A stretch of DNA of 64,000 nt from an uncultured Solirubrobacterales bacterium. GTDB taxonomy: Bacteria; Actinomycetota; Thermoleophilia; Solirubrobacterales; Solirubrobacteraceae. Positions 24,684 to 36,599 of the stretch are shown in pieces. The stretch is taken from the NCBI GenBank assembly GCA_963828535.1, contig CAWHEM010000010.1, positions 7,280-71,279 on the forward strand. Reading direction: 5' to 3'. Every line of letters starts with the position of its first letter. Within the stretch, counting starts at the first letter, position 1. The notes below the pieces were generated by a model. The model was not told where the DNA came from. It saw only the letters and a list, made by a program, of their open reading frames with translations, and made no database searches. The translations under genes and the position numbers were made by a program.

Positions 24684-26123
24684 CCCGCGAGCACCGGCAG
24701 CAGGGCCTGCAGCTTGACCTCGGTCTCGGCCAGCTCGGAGGCGGGATCGGAGTCGCGGACGATTCCGGCGCCGGCGTAGAGCCGGGCGTGGCGGACCGCG
24801 CAGCAGCGCGCAGCGCAACGCGACGCAGAACTCACCGTCTCCGGTGGCATCGGTCCAGCCGACTGGGCCGGCGTACCAGCCACGGTCGATTCCCTCGAGG
24901 GCCGGGATCAGCCGCTCGGCCGGCTCCCGGGGCTCGCCGCCGACCGCCGGCGTCGGGTGCAGCAGCCCAGCCAGCTCGATCGCGCCCAGCGGCCGCGCCA
25001 GCTGGGCGCGGATCGGCGCCGCCAGGTGCTGGATGTTGGCCACCCGCACGAGCACCGGTTCCGACGCAGCGGTCACCCAGACCGCGTGCGGGCGCAGGGC
25101 CCGCGCGATGCGCCGGGCGACGATCGCGTTCTCCTCGCGGTCCTTGTCGCTGCGCAGCAGCTGCTCGCCGAGGTGGTCGTCGACCGCGGGATCGGCGCTG
25201 CGGCGAGTCGAGCCGGCCAGCGCGACCGTGCTGGCCCGCGCGCCCTCGCGCCGGACCAGCAGTTCGGGGCTGGCGGCGACGAATGTCGCCTCGCCGCGGC
25301 CGACCGCGAACACGAAGCACGATGGGAACGCGTCCCGCAGGAGCCCGAGGATCGCCGCCGGGTCGTGCGCCGTGGGGGCGAGCACCTCCACCTCGCGCGC
25401 CAGCACGACCTTTTCCAGGGCGCCGCGAAGCGATCCGCTGGACCGCGCGCGGCGACAGCCTCCTCGTAGTGCGAGGGGGGCATCGTGCTGCGAACTTCGA
25501 ACCGCCCGTGGGCGCAGGATCGAGCAGCGGCATCGACCCGTCGCGCAACTCATCCAGCCGGGCCGGCCACCCGCGCGTGGAGCGAGTCGAGCGTGTCGTC
25601 GGGGCTGACGTCGACGTTGACGGTCAAAGACGTCTCCTCGACCGCGGCGGGCCAGCGAGAGTTCCGGAACGTGCAGCGAAGCGGCGTCGAATCCGTTCCA
25701 GGCCCGAGAGCCGCCGCCATCGGCCGCGAAGGCGAAGCCGCCCACCGCCACGAGCCCCGAGCCGGGAGCGCCCGCGGGTGGGTCACTGGGGGCGCCGGCG
25801 GTCAGTTCGCGCCAGGCCGCCGCCGCGGTGGCGAAGCGCCTCTCCCCGTGGCCGGACAGATTGCGGACACAGCCGAGGGCGGCCAGCGAGGCGGCGCCGC
25901 GCTCGGGCTGCTCCAGACAGAACCACGCCTCGCCGGGGCGTCGCGAGCGCGTGACCACCGCGGAGGGATCGACCGCCCGGGCACAGGCCGACGTGACGCT
26001 GACCAGCTGCGGCCTGCCGCGGGCGCGGGAGTGCCGCAGCGCCTGCTCGAGCCTGGCCGTCAGCCGCCTCCAGGCGGGCTCGTCCAGCCACGGCGACGGA
26101 CGCGCAGGCGCGGCGGTTTCCAT
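24680..26123 (-). CDS. menF: Isochorismate synthase (frameshifted)
   Basis: EKVVLAR, ASPELL, ALAGS, LHPTPAVGG, RGWYAGPVGW, YAGAGIV..ETEVK. Confidence 0.92.
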
Positions 26124-26141
26124 GTCAGGAAAGCGTAGTGG

Positions 26142-26699
26142 TTAGGTTTCGCCGCGCCCGCGGGAGATCGCGATCTCGCCCGTGCGGGCCATCTCGATCA
26201 GCCCAAAGGGCCGTACCAGTCGCTCGAACGCGTCGACCTTGTCGCAGGTGCCGGTGATCTCGGCCACGACCGAGCGCTTGCTGACGTCGACGATCTTCGC
26301 GCGGAAGATCTCGCAGATCTGCATCACCTCGGCGCGGCTGGCGCCGTCGGCAGTGACCTTGAACATGGCCAGCTCTCGCGCCAGGGTCTCCTCAGGCTCG
26401 AGGTCGCGGATCTTCAGGACGTTGATCAGCTTGTGCAGCTGCTTGGTCACCTGGTCGATCGGGTGCACCGCGCCATCGAGCGTCAGCGTGATCCGTGACA
26501 CCCGCTCGTCGTCGGTGGGACCGACGGCGAGGGTGTCGATGTTGAACCCGCGCCGCGCGAACAGGCCGGCGATCCGGGTCAGAACACCCGGCTTGTTCTC
26601 GACGAGGATCGAGAGGATGTGCTTGCGACCTGTGCGCAGGCCGGAGACCGCCTCGAGATCCTCGAGTGACAGGACTTCATTGGTTCCTGGTTCGCCCAT
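26142..26699 (-). CDS. ilvN: Acetolactate synthase small (regulatory) subunit
   Basis: LSILVENKPGVLTRIAGLFARRGFNIDTLAVG, KQLHKLINV, EMARTG. Confidence 0.95.
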   Translation of the reverse strand: MGEPGTNEVLSLEDLEAVSGLRTGRKHILSILVENKPGVLTRIAGLFARRGFNIDTLAVGPTDDERVSRITLTLDGAVHPIDQVTKQLHKLINVLKIRDLEPEETLARELAMFKVTADGASRAEVMQICEIFRAKIVDVSKRSVVAEITGTCDKVDAFERLVRPFGLIEMARTGEIAISRGRGET

Positions 26700-26710
26700 C
26701 ACCGGCCCCC

Positions 26711-28389
26711 TCATCCCACCATGTCCCGCGCGGCCTGGCCGGCCGGGATCATCGGATAGGTGTTCTCTTCGCGCGTGACGCTGACGTCGACCACGACAGG
26801 GCCTTCGGTGGCGATCGCGTCCTTCATGTCCTTGACCAGGGTGTGCTTGTCGGTGCACCGGATGCCGGTCGCGCCCATCGCCTCGGCGAGCTTGGCGAAG
26901 TCCGGCCATTTGCCGGTCTCGACGTGGCTGTAGCGCTTGTCCCAGAACAGCTCCTGCCACTGGCGGACCATCCCCAGGTAGCCGTTGTTCATGATGAACA
27001 CCTTGATCGCGATGCCCTCCTCGGCACAGGTCGCGAGCTCCTGCATGTTCATCTGCACCGACCCATCGCCGGCGATGCAGACCACCGTCTGATCCGGGCA
27101 TCCGACCTTGGCCCCCATCGCCGCCGGCAGCCCGAAGCCCATCGTGCCCAAGCCGCCCGAGTTGATCCACCGGCGGGGTTGGGAGAAGTGGTAGTACTGG
27201 GCCGCCCACATCTGATGCTGACCGACGTCGCTGGTGACGATCGCGTCGCCGCCGGTGGCCTCGTAGAGGGCCTGAATCATGTACTGCGGCTTGATCTCGG
27301 AATCAGTCGAGTCCGCGTAGCCCAGCGGGTGGCGCTCCTGCCAGGTGCCGATTCGCGACCACCAGTCCTGCAGGCGCTCCGGATCGGCGGCCAGCGCGCG
27401 GTACTCCGCGGTCAGCCGCGGCAGGATGTTCTTGGCGTCGCCGACGATCGGGATGTGCGCGGGAACATTCTTCGAGATCTCGGCCGGATCGATGTCGATG
27501 TGGATGAACTTCGCCCGCGGCGCGAACTCCGACAGTTTGCCGGTGATCCGATCGTCGAAACGGGCGCCGATGGCGACGATCAGATCGGCCTCGTCCATGG
27601 CGTAGTTGGCGGCACGCGTGCCGTGCATGCCGAGCATGCCCAGCCACTGCTCGTGCGGAGCCGGGAAGCGCTCCCAGCCCCATCACCGTGCAGGTCACGG
27701 GGAACCGATCCGCCGTGGCCAGCTCGGTCAGCTCCGCCGAGGCGTTGGCGATGATCACCCCACCGCCGGCGTAGATCACCGGCCGTCGCGCATTGGCCAG
27801 CGCTTTGGCGGCCAGCCGGATCTGCTTCTGGTTGCCGTCGGTGGTGGGCTGGTAGCCCGGCAGGTGCACGTCGGTGACCGGCTCATAGGGGATGTCGGCC
27901 CGGCTCAGGTCCTGCGGGATGTCGACCACGACGGGACCGGGACGGCCGGTGCGGGCGATGTGGAATGCCTCGTGGATCGAGCGCGGAAGCTCGAGCGGGT
28001 GCTGGATCATGAAGCTGTGCTTGACGATCGGCATGGTGATCCCGATCGTGTCCGCCTCCTGGAACCCATCGGTTCCGAGCAGCTCGGTGCGCACCTGGCC
28101 GGTCAGGAAAACCACCGGCACCGAGTCCATCATCGCGTCACAGATCGGCGTGACCAGGTTGGTGGCGCCGGGACCACTGGTGCCGATCGAGACGCCGACC
28201 TTGCCCGTGGCCTTGGCGTAGCCCTCGGCGGCGTGACCGCCGCCGGCTTCGTGGCGAACCAGGATGTGGCGAATGCCCGCGTCGTAGAAGGCGTCGTAGG
28301 TCGGGAGGTTGGCGCCCGCCGGGAAGCCCGAATACGACGTCGACACCCTCGGCCTTCAGGCATTCCATCAAAGCGTCGACTGCACGCAT
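26711..28389 (-). CDS. ilvB: Acetolactate synthase large subunit (frameshifted)
   Basis: VFGLPGG, RHEAGGGHAAEGYA, TSGPGATN, DVGQHQMWAA, GDGS..NNGYLGMVRQWQ; AAGGAGG SD before ATG 28389. Confidence 0.95.
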
Positions 28390-28500
28390 TAGCGCTTCCT
28401 CCTTCCAACGATTCGGCATTTGGGCGCGCGCGGCACGCTCCGCGCGCGGCGGACCGGCGAGTCTAGCAACGGGTTTGGCCGCCCGGAAGGGGCGGCCGAG

Positions 28501-28801
28501 TCAGGCGGCGCGGTGCTGCATCGACGCTTCGGGAGCCACCGCGACCTCGGGAAACTCGAGCTCGGCACCGCAGCGCATGCAGACCGCGTCGTAGAGCTTG
28601 ATCACTCGGCCGCAGCTGGGACATTCCCGCCGCAGCTCCTGGTTGTCGAACCGGTAGAAGATGGCGGTGAGCAGGCCGAGGAACGGAACCAGTGCCGGAG
28701 ATCATGAACCAGATGAAGAACGAGCTGCCCTTCATCCGGCCGACCAGCCCGCCGGCGAGCCCGAAGCAGAACATGATCACCAATAGACCACCGCCGGCCA
28801 T
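28501..28801 (-). CDS. Small membrane protein with C-terminal zinc ribbon (frameshifted)
   Basis: Hydrophobic N-terminus (GLAGGLVGRMKGSSFFIWF), then in a shifted frame RRECPSCG...CMRCGAELEFP. Confidence 0.65.
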
Positions 28802-28811
28802 GGCTAACCGT

Positions 28812-29007
28812 TCACCAGACGAGCGTTTTTACTGCCCACAGCACCGCGATCACCACGGCAACGGCAACGACCGTCCAGAACACCGCCGTGACGATGCCGA
28901 TGACCAGCTTGATCGCCAGCGCGACCGCCGCGATCAATACAACTCCGGCCACCGCCTTGCGCAGGACCGGTGTCCGGGCCCGGCGATCCCTCTAGTTGGG
29001 TTTGCAT
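28812..29007 (-). CDS. Small two-TM membrane protein (frameshifted)
   Basis: VLRKAVAGVVLIAAVALAIKLVIGIVTAVFWTVVAVAVVIAVLWAVKTLVW*. Confidence 0.6.
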
Positions 29008-29011
29008 ACGA

Positions 29012-29231
29012 TCAGCGTACCGCGCCGCCGAACGCCGGCAGTCGGCGATTCGCAGGGATCAGTCGAAGACGCGCTTGAGGTGCTCGAAGCGCGATGCGGG
29101 CTTCGGCGTCACGGCCGTCGAAGCGCAGCCGAGCGAGCCGGTAGCGGCGGACCGCCGCCGTGCCGGGCTCGGTCGCCGACGACACGCCGATCGGCGACGA
29201 GCAGAACCTTGGATGGAGTGGGGCGTGTCAT
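29012..29231 (-). CDS. Possible small basic hypothetical protein
   Basis: ATG at 29231 (MTRPTPSKVLLVA..), then ..RYRLARLRFDGRDAEARIALRAPQARLRLIP..; needs a frameshift. Confidence 0.3.
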
Positions 29232-29289
29232 GGCAAGCATGATGATCCTCCCTGCTAAGGCCCACATTGGCCCGCCGGTATAAACATCC

Positions 29290-29996
29290 TCAGCGCCGTC
29301 GGGCCGCGCGGCTGGCCGCGCCGGGCCACGGCGTGATCGAGCGCCTCCCGCGCGGGCGCCTGCAGGCGGCGACGCATCCGCCAGCGCGCGCCGGAGAAGG
29401 CGAGATTGGCCAGCGTGGCGAAGCCCGGACTCGTCGGCGCGCAGAGGCCAGCAGCAGGTGAGCGACGCGATCGGCCGCGGGCAGCTCGGGGTCGGTGGCC
29501 TTGACGCACAGGCAGTAGACGCGCCGGTCGCCCGCGGTGACGACCAGCAGCGCTCCCGCCTGCCCGACGCAGCCAGACCCCGAGCTCGCCGCGCTCCGAG
29601 ACCAGCCCGGTGCGCTCGTAGAGGGCTCGTGCGTCGTGGCCGATCAGATCGCCCAGCAGCAGCATCGCGCGCTGCTCGGCCTGCGGGGCGGCCCGCGCGG
29701 GTGCCGAGCGGGGCTCACGACATTCGCCCCCCGGGCCGCGTAGAGCTCGGGAATGATCCAGGCATGGGCGAGCAGGATCGCGCTCACCGGAAGGGTGATC
29801 GGCTTGAGCACGCCGAGCAGGACCGCGGTGATGCACGAACGGGACGGTCTGGGATACGGTGCTCAGCGTCCACAGCTGTCCCGTGCGGGCGAGCGAGCGC
29901 GCGGTGGCGCGAGGGCGCCACGTGGACCGCTGCCAGCTCGGGCAGCTGGCTCGAGCGCGCTGGGGAGCCGGCGATCTGCGCGCCGGCGTCAGCCAC
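29290..29996 (-). CDS. Hypothetical membrane-anchored protein with Cys-containing cytoplasmic domain (multiple frameshifts)
   Basis: Stitched: ..TVPFVITAVLLGVLKPITLPVSAILLAHAWIIPELYAARGANVV..QAEQRAMLLLGDLIGHDARALYERTG..RRVYCLCVKATDPELPAADRVAHLLLALRADESGFATLAN..; GTG overlaps the end of the upstream gene. Confidence 0.65.
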
Positions 29997-30217
29997 CGGC
30001 GATGGGCCGGCGAAGGATCACCAGCGGCTCGTCGAGCGGCAGCTCGTGGACCTGCTCGGCGTGACCCTCGCCGCGTGAGATCACGGCGAAGTAGCCCGCA
30101 TCGAGCTGCGCTCGGAATGCCGTCGAGCGGCCTGCTGCACCGCCTCGCCGTCCTGCGCGGTCCACTCCGCGAGCGTGGTGTGGCCGGTCTGTGATCCATG
30201 CGGATGAGTCGGGACAT
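29989..30217 (-). CDS. ~75-aa protein with C-terminal diglycine (-RRPIAGG*), frameshifted
   Basis: AGGAGG SD plus ATG at 30217. Stitched MSRLIRMDxTGHTTLAEWTAQDGEAVQQAAxTAFRAQLDAGYFAVISRGEGHAEQVHELPLDEPLVILRRPIAGG-TGA. TACGAT -10 at 30246-30251. Confidence 0.7.
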
Positions 30218-30319
30218 CGCGCCTCCTGGGGTCGGGTGCCAGCACATCGTACGCCCAGGCCGGGAAGGTTCTCGCCCCTCGGCACGTCATCTCCGTGCAG
30301 ATGCCCACGACCGACCCGC

Positions 30320-30965
30320 ATGGCCTCCGCCGGGGTGACGCCTCGCGCTCGCCGCCGCGCCGATTCCCCTCCCGGCCTGGTCTCACGGCGCCAAGCACGA
30401 TCGCGTGATCGCCCGCCGGGCGCCGGCGCGGCAGCGCCCGCGCTGCGGGCCCGCCCGGTGCGGGTTCGCCCGGTTCTCCCGGCCCCCCGCGCCCACGCGG
30501 CGGGCGATCCGGCCAACACGATCTCCGACTTCAAGTTCTCGCCCGCCACCACCACCATCCACGTCGGCGACACCGATCACGTGGACCAACACCGGCCCGA
30601 GCCCGCACACCGCGACGGCCGCGAATGGCAGCTTCGACACCGGAACGCTGACCAAAGGGGCCAGCGCGTCGCACACCTTCACCCACAGCGGGACGTTCGC
30701 CTACATCTGCACGATCCACCCGTTCATGAAGGGCACCGTCGTCGTCCTCGCCTCCACGAGCACGCCGGCGACGAGCGCGACCCCCACCACCCCGTCATCG
30801 ACCGCGGCCACCCCCGCCGCGGGCGCGACCCCCGCCGCGACGCAATCACACGGCCCGACGCTCCCGCTCACGGGGATCGACGTACCGGAGATCGTCATCG
30901 TCGGGCTGGCGCTGCTGGCCCTCGGCTGGCTCCTACGCCGCCGCTCGGCGAACGCGTCATCCTGA
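30320..30965 (+). CDS. Secreted cupredoxin (plastocyanin/amicyanin-like) with LPXTG sorting signal (frameshifted)
   Basis: DFKFSPATTTIHVGD, WTNTGPSPHTAT, YICTIHPFMKG (His/Cys/His/Met ligands), T/P/A linker, LPLTG plus TM plus RRR. Confidence 0.85.
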
Positions 30966-32130
30966 GAGCTCGGCCAGGCGCCGCTCGAACAAGCGGCGCT
31001 CGGTGTCGTCCTGGACGAGTCCCAGCGCTCGGCGATACTCGTCGCGGGCCTCTCCAGTCCGGCCAAGACGACCCAGAAGCTCGCCCCGGGTGGAATGCAG
31101 GTAGCGGTAGCCGGGCAGCTCGAGGCGCTCGACGATCTCCAGCCCAGCCTCCGGACCGTGGGCCTCCGCCACGGCCACGGCGCGATTGAGCTCGACCACC
31201 GGGGAGCCGGTCAGCCGCGCGAGCTCACCGTAGAGCGCAGCGATCTGGAACCAATCCCGTCGGATCCTCGGCATGCAGGGAGGCAATCGCTGCCTGCACC
31301 ACATACGTCCCCCGTCCGCGCAGCGCGAGGCCCCGGTCGAGCACGATGCGCCCCCGGGCGATCTGCTCGGTATCCCACAAGGAGCGATCCTGATCGCCCA
31401 GCAGCACCATCTCGCCGTCGCGGAAGCGGGCGCTACTGCGGGAGTCGTGCAGCAACATCAGCGCCAGGAGGCCGTGCGTCTCGGGCTCATCCGGCATCAA
31501 CTCGGTCAACGCCTCCCCCAGGCGCACCGCCTCCGCGGTGAGATCGTTGCGCCCGCTCCAGCCTTCGTTGAAGATCAGGTAGACGACCGCCAACACGGCG
31601 GCCAGCCGCTCGGGGAGCAGGTGATCGGGAGGCACGCGGAAGGGGATTCCCGCCGCCTCGATCTTGCGCTTGGCGCGGACCAGGCGCTGGGCCATGGTCG
31701 CCTCCGCGACCAGGAACGCGCGGGCTATCTCCTCGGTACTCAGTCCGCCCAGCGTGCGCAGCGTCAGAGCAACCTGCGCCTCGGCGCTCAGGGCGGGATG
31801 ACAGCAGGTGAAGACGAGCTCGAGCCGCTCGTCGGGAAAGGTCGGTTCGTCGATCGGCGACTCCACTGCCTCAGAGACCGCAAGCAGGCGAGTCTTGTGC
31901 GCGAGCGTGCGGTCGCGCCGGATGCGGTCGATCGCCCGCCGCCGGGCCGTGGTCAGCAGCCAGCCGCCGGGGTTGTCCGGCGTGCCGTCCTTCGGCCAGC
32001 GCTCACGCAGCGACGGTGAACGCCTCCTGCAGCGGACTCCTCGGCGAGATCGAAGTCTCGGAGGTAGCCGATCAGGGCGGCCAGGACCCGGCCCCACTGC
32101 TCACGAAAGATCTGCTCGAGTATGGCCAGC
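30957..32130 (-). CDS. ECF sigma factor with C-terminal TPR-like extension (ECF42-like, frameshifted)
   Basis: [74 protein letters not shown]. Confidence 0.9.
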
Positions 32131-32138
32131 CCCGCTTC

Positions 32139-33582
<1,444 letters not shown>

Positions 33583-33586
<4 letters not shown>

Positions 33587-35011
33587 CGCCGCGCCTGGCT
33601 TCCGTCAAAGCCGATCGCCTGCTCGAGCGCGTAGGCAGCGTCGAGCATCCGGCTCTCGCTGAACGCGGGGCCGGCGAGCTGAAAGCCGACGGGCAGGCCC
33701 TCGCTGAGCCCGCAGGGGATCGAGATCGCCGGAATGCCGGCCAGCGGCATCGGCACGGTGCAGAAGTCGTTGAGGTACATGGCCAGGGGATCATCGGTCT
33801 TGGCGCCGAGCTCGAACGCGGTCCACGGGCTGGTCGGAGTGACGACGAAATCGAAGTCCTCGAACGCCTGGCGGAAGTCCTCGGCGATCTTGGTCCGCAC
33901 CTTCTGAGCGGTTCCGTAGTAGGCGTCGTAGTAGCCGCTGGAGAGCGCGTAGGTGCCGAGCATGATCCGGCGCTTTACCTCGGATCCGAACCCGGCCGCG
34001 CGGGTATGGTTGTACATCGTCACGAGATCAGAATCGCCGTCGATCGCGGAGTCCGTAGCGGACCCCGTCGAAACGGGCCAGGTTCGCCGACGCCTCGGCC
34101 GGGGCGATCAGGTAGTACGCCGACAGGGCGTGCGGGGCGTGCGGTAGGCGGCACGGTTGCACGGTCGCGCCCAGGCTCTCGGCCAACGCGAGGGTCGCCT
34201 CGAAGCGCTCTCGCACGCCGGGTTCGACACCGCCGCCGTCGCCCGTCAGCTCCTCCGGCACGCCCAGCCTGATGCCGCTCAGGTCCTCGGCCGAGGGCAT
34301 CGCGATCTCCCCCGGGAAGGCGAGCGAGGTCGAGTCACAGGGATCCCTTCCGATCATGTGCCGGAACAGCAGCGCCGCGTCGCTGACGTCCCGGGTCAGC
34401 GGCCCGGCCTGATCGAGCGAGGAGGCGAAGGCGATCATCCCGTAACGGGAACACGCGCCGTAGGTGGGCTTCATGCCGACGATCCCGCACAGCGCGGCAG
34501 GTTGGCGAATCGAGCCCCCGGTGTCGGTGCCGATCGCCCACGGCGCCAACCCGGCCGCGACCGCTGCCGCGCTGCCGCCGGAGGACCCGCCCGGCACCCG
34601 CCGGCGATCCCATGGGTTCAGCACCGGGCCGTAGGCTGAATTCTCGTTGGAGGATCCCATCGCGAACTCGTCCTGGTTGGTCTTGGCGAGCAGGGCTGCA
34701 CCGGCCGCCACCAGCTGCTCCACAACGGTGGCCGTGTACGGGGGGCGATAGTTCTCGAGGATGCGCGAGCCGGCCTGGCTGGGCACCCCTTTGGTGCAGA
34801 ACAGATCCTTGACGGCGAGCGGAACCCCGGCCAGGGGGGCGTCGCTGAGGGCACGCTCCGCCGGCGCCTCGGCGGCCACCCAGGTGAACGCGTTGAGCTC
34901 ATCGCCCGCCGCCCGTTCCCGGTAGGCCTCGAACAACTCGGCCGCTGAGACCTGACCGCCGCGCACGGCCTCGGCGGCGGCCGTGGCGCTCAGCTCGATG
35001 AGCTCGCTCAC
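33583..35011 (-). CDS. gatA: Asp/Glu-tRNA amidotransferase subunit A (frameshifted)
   Basis: [47 protein letters not shown]. Confidence 0.96.
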
Positions 35012-35296
35012 GTCGCGCCCGGGCTCGGGACGCCGAAGCCGCCCTCAAGCGGCTCCGGGGCGGATTCCAGCGCAACCTCGACCGTCAGCGATGGGCGCGG
35101 CACGTCCTCTCTGCATCACGTTGACCACGTCGACGACGTGCGAGGTCGGCGGGACGCCTTCGAGATCGAGCTCGCGGATCTTCTCGATGTGCTCGAGCAC
35201 CTTCGACAGCTCTCCGGCCATCCGCTGCACCTCTTCCTCGGACAGCTCCAGCCGAGCGAGCCGGGCGACGTGGAGAACCTGCGATCGATCGAGCAT
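35008..35296 (-). CDS. gatC: Asp/Glu-tRNA amidotransferase subunit C (C-terminal frameshift)
   Basis: [27 protein letters not shown]; directly precedes gatA. Confidence 0.93.
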
Positions 35297-35338
35297 CGGG
35301 CTGATTCTAGGATCAGCCCAGGTTCCCCGGCCGCTCCC

Positions 35339-35878
35339 CTACGTTGGCCGACTGCGTGTCCCTGTCTGCGGGCGCGTCGCCACAGGCTCGGGGTGCCGCA
35401 CCGGGATCACCCCAGGTCCGTCTCGCTCGGCGATGCCCTCCTGGCGCAGCGAGCGCCAGGCGCCGTATACGAGCGCGAGGGCGCCGGCGAGGCCGACATA
35501 GGCACCGGCTCGTGCCTGCACGACATCGCCGGGTCCGGGCTGATTGATCAGAACGCGATAGACGAGCGCGAGCGCGGTGATGACCGACAGCACCGTGACC
35601 ACGGCGCTCAGCGTCACCGGGAGAGCCGGCGCGCGACGGCTGGCCTGGAAGTACACCAGGGCCAGCGCACACCCCACCGTCGCCAGCAGCAACCATCGCA
35701 TGATCGTCAGGCCGTCCCAGGCGTTTACCGCCACCGGCAAGCCCAACCGTTGCGCGGTCGGAGAGAACGCTCCCGTCAATCCATACCAATCGAGAACGAA
35801 CATGGACGCCAGCAGCACGAGTGCGCTGGCGCCCACAAGCAACTCTCCGCTGCGCAGCCGCGACGGATCCAGATTCAT
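35339..35878 (-). CDS. Four-TM membrane protein, paralog 1
   Basis: GELLVGASALVLLASMFVLDWYG..NAWDGL..GAYVGLA. Confidence 0.8.
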   Translation of the reverse strand: MNLDPSRLRSGELLVGASALVLLASMFVLDWYGLTGAFSPTAQRLGLPVAVNAWDGLTIMRWLLLATVGCALALVYFQASRRAPALPVTLSAVVTVLSVITALALVYRVLINQPGPGDVVQARAGAYVGLAGALALVYGAWRSLRQEGIAERDGPGVIPVRHPEPVATRPQTGTRSRPT

Positions 35879-35920
35879 GGCACTACCGCCACCTCGGTGA
35901 GCGCTCCCGCCTGCTGTCGC

Positions 35921-36502
35921 TCAGACGCGCGGGGGCGGAGTCGACCCGCCAGGGCCCTCGGGTGGAATCGAACCGGGAGTGCTACCAGGTCCGGGGGCCG
36001 CCGGGCCCGCGCCACCGCCCGGGGTCGATCCGGCGCCGGGCGTCCGGGTCGCCACCGGACGCGCTGGACGGCCGCCTCCAATCGGCGCTGTCGCATTGCG
36101 CAGCTGCAGGGCGAAATACACCAGCGCGGCGGTGACGATTACATCGACGTAGAAGCCCCAGCCGAGATCGCTGAAGTGGTTGATGTGAAAGAGGAACTTC
36201 AGCACCAGGAAGGCCGCAGCGACGACGGCCAGGATGAATCTGGTGTGGGCACGGCCGCCGCCGAGTGCCGGGATGGCCGTCTGCGGCGAGAACTTCTCGA
36301 TCGCGAGGTCGGCGATGACCGCCAGCGCTGCGATGAAGGCGAGGATGCCGAGCCATCCGTCAGGAGCACTGGTGGCCGAGAACGTTGCCGAGAACGGCCC
36401 GACGCTCACGTCAAACCAGGGCAGGACCAAGAGAAAGATTGCCAGCAGCAGCGCGAGACCGCCAACGATCTGCTCCTCGCGCGTGACATTTTGCAGGTTC
36501 AC
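35921..36502 (-). CDS. Four-TM membrane protein, paralog 2, Pro/Gly-rich tail
   Basis: EQIVGGLALLLAIFLLVLPWF..GWGFYV. Confidence 0.8.
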   Translation of the reverse strand: MNLQNVTREEQIVGGLALLLAIFLLVLPWFDVSVGPFSATFSATSAPDGWLGILAFIAALAVIADLAIEKFSPQTAIPALGGGRAHTRFILAVVAAAFLVLKFLFHINHFSDLGWGFYVDVIVTAALVYFALQLRNATAPIGGGRPARPVATRTPGAGSTPGGGAGPAAPGPGSTPGSIPPEGPGGSTPPPRV

Positions 36503-36599
36503 TGAGCCCTCCAGGGTAGGTCCACCGTGTTTAGCTCACTGTTCTAGGTCAAGCACAGCCCTCCTCCCCGCGGCGAGCCTTCACGGGGGCGACGCCAGC

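Noticed and set aside
28390-28470. Possible ilvB attenuator or leader peptide
   Set aside because: No Ile/Leu/Val-rich short ORF or terminator. Only a TAGACT -10 and GC-rich stems are present.
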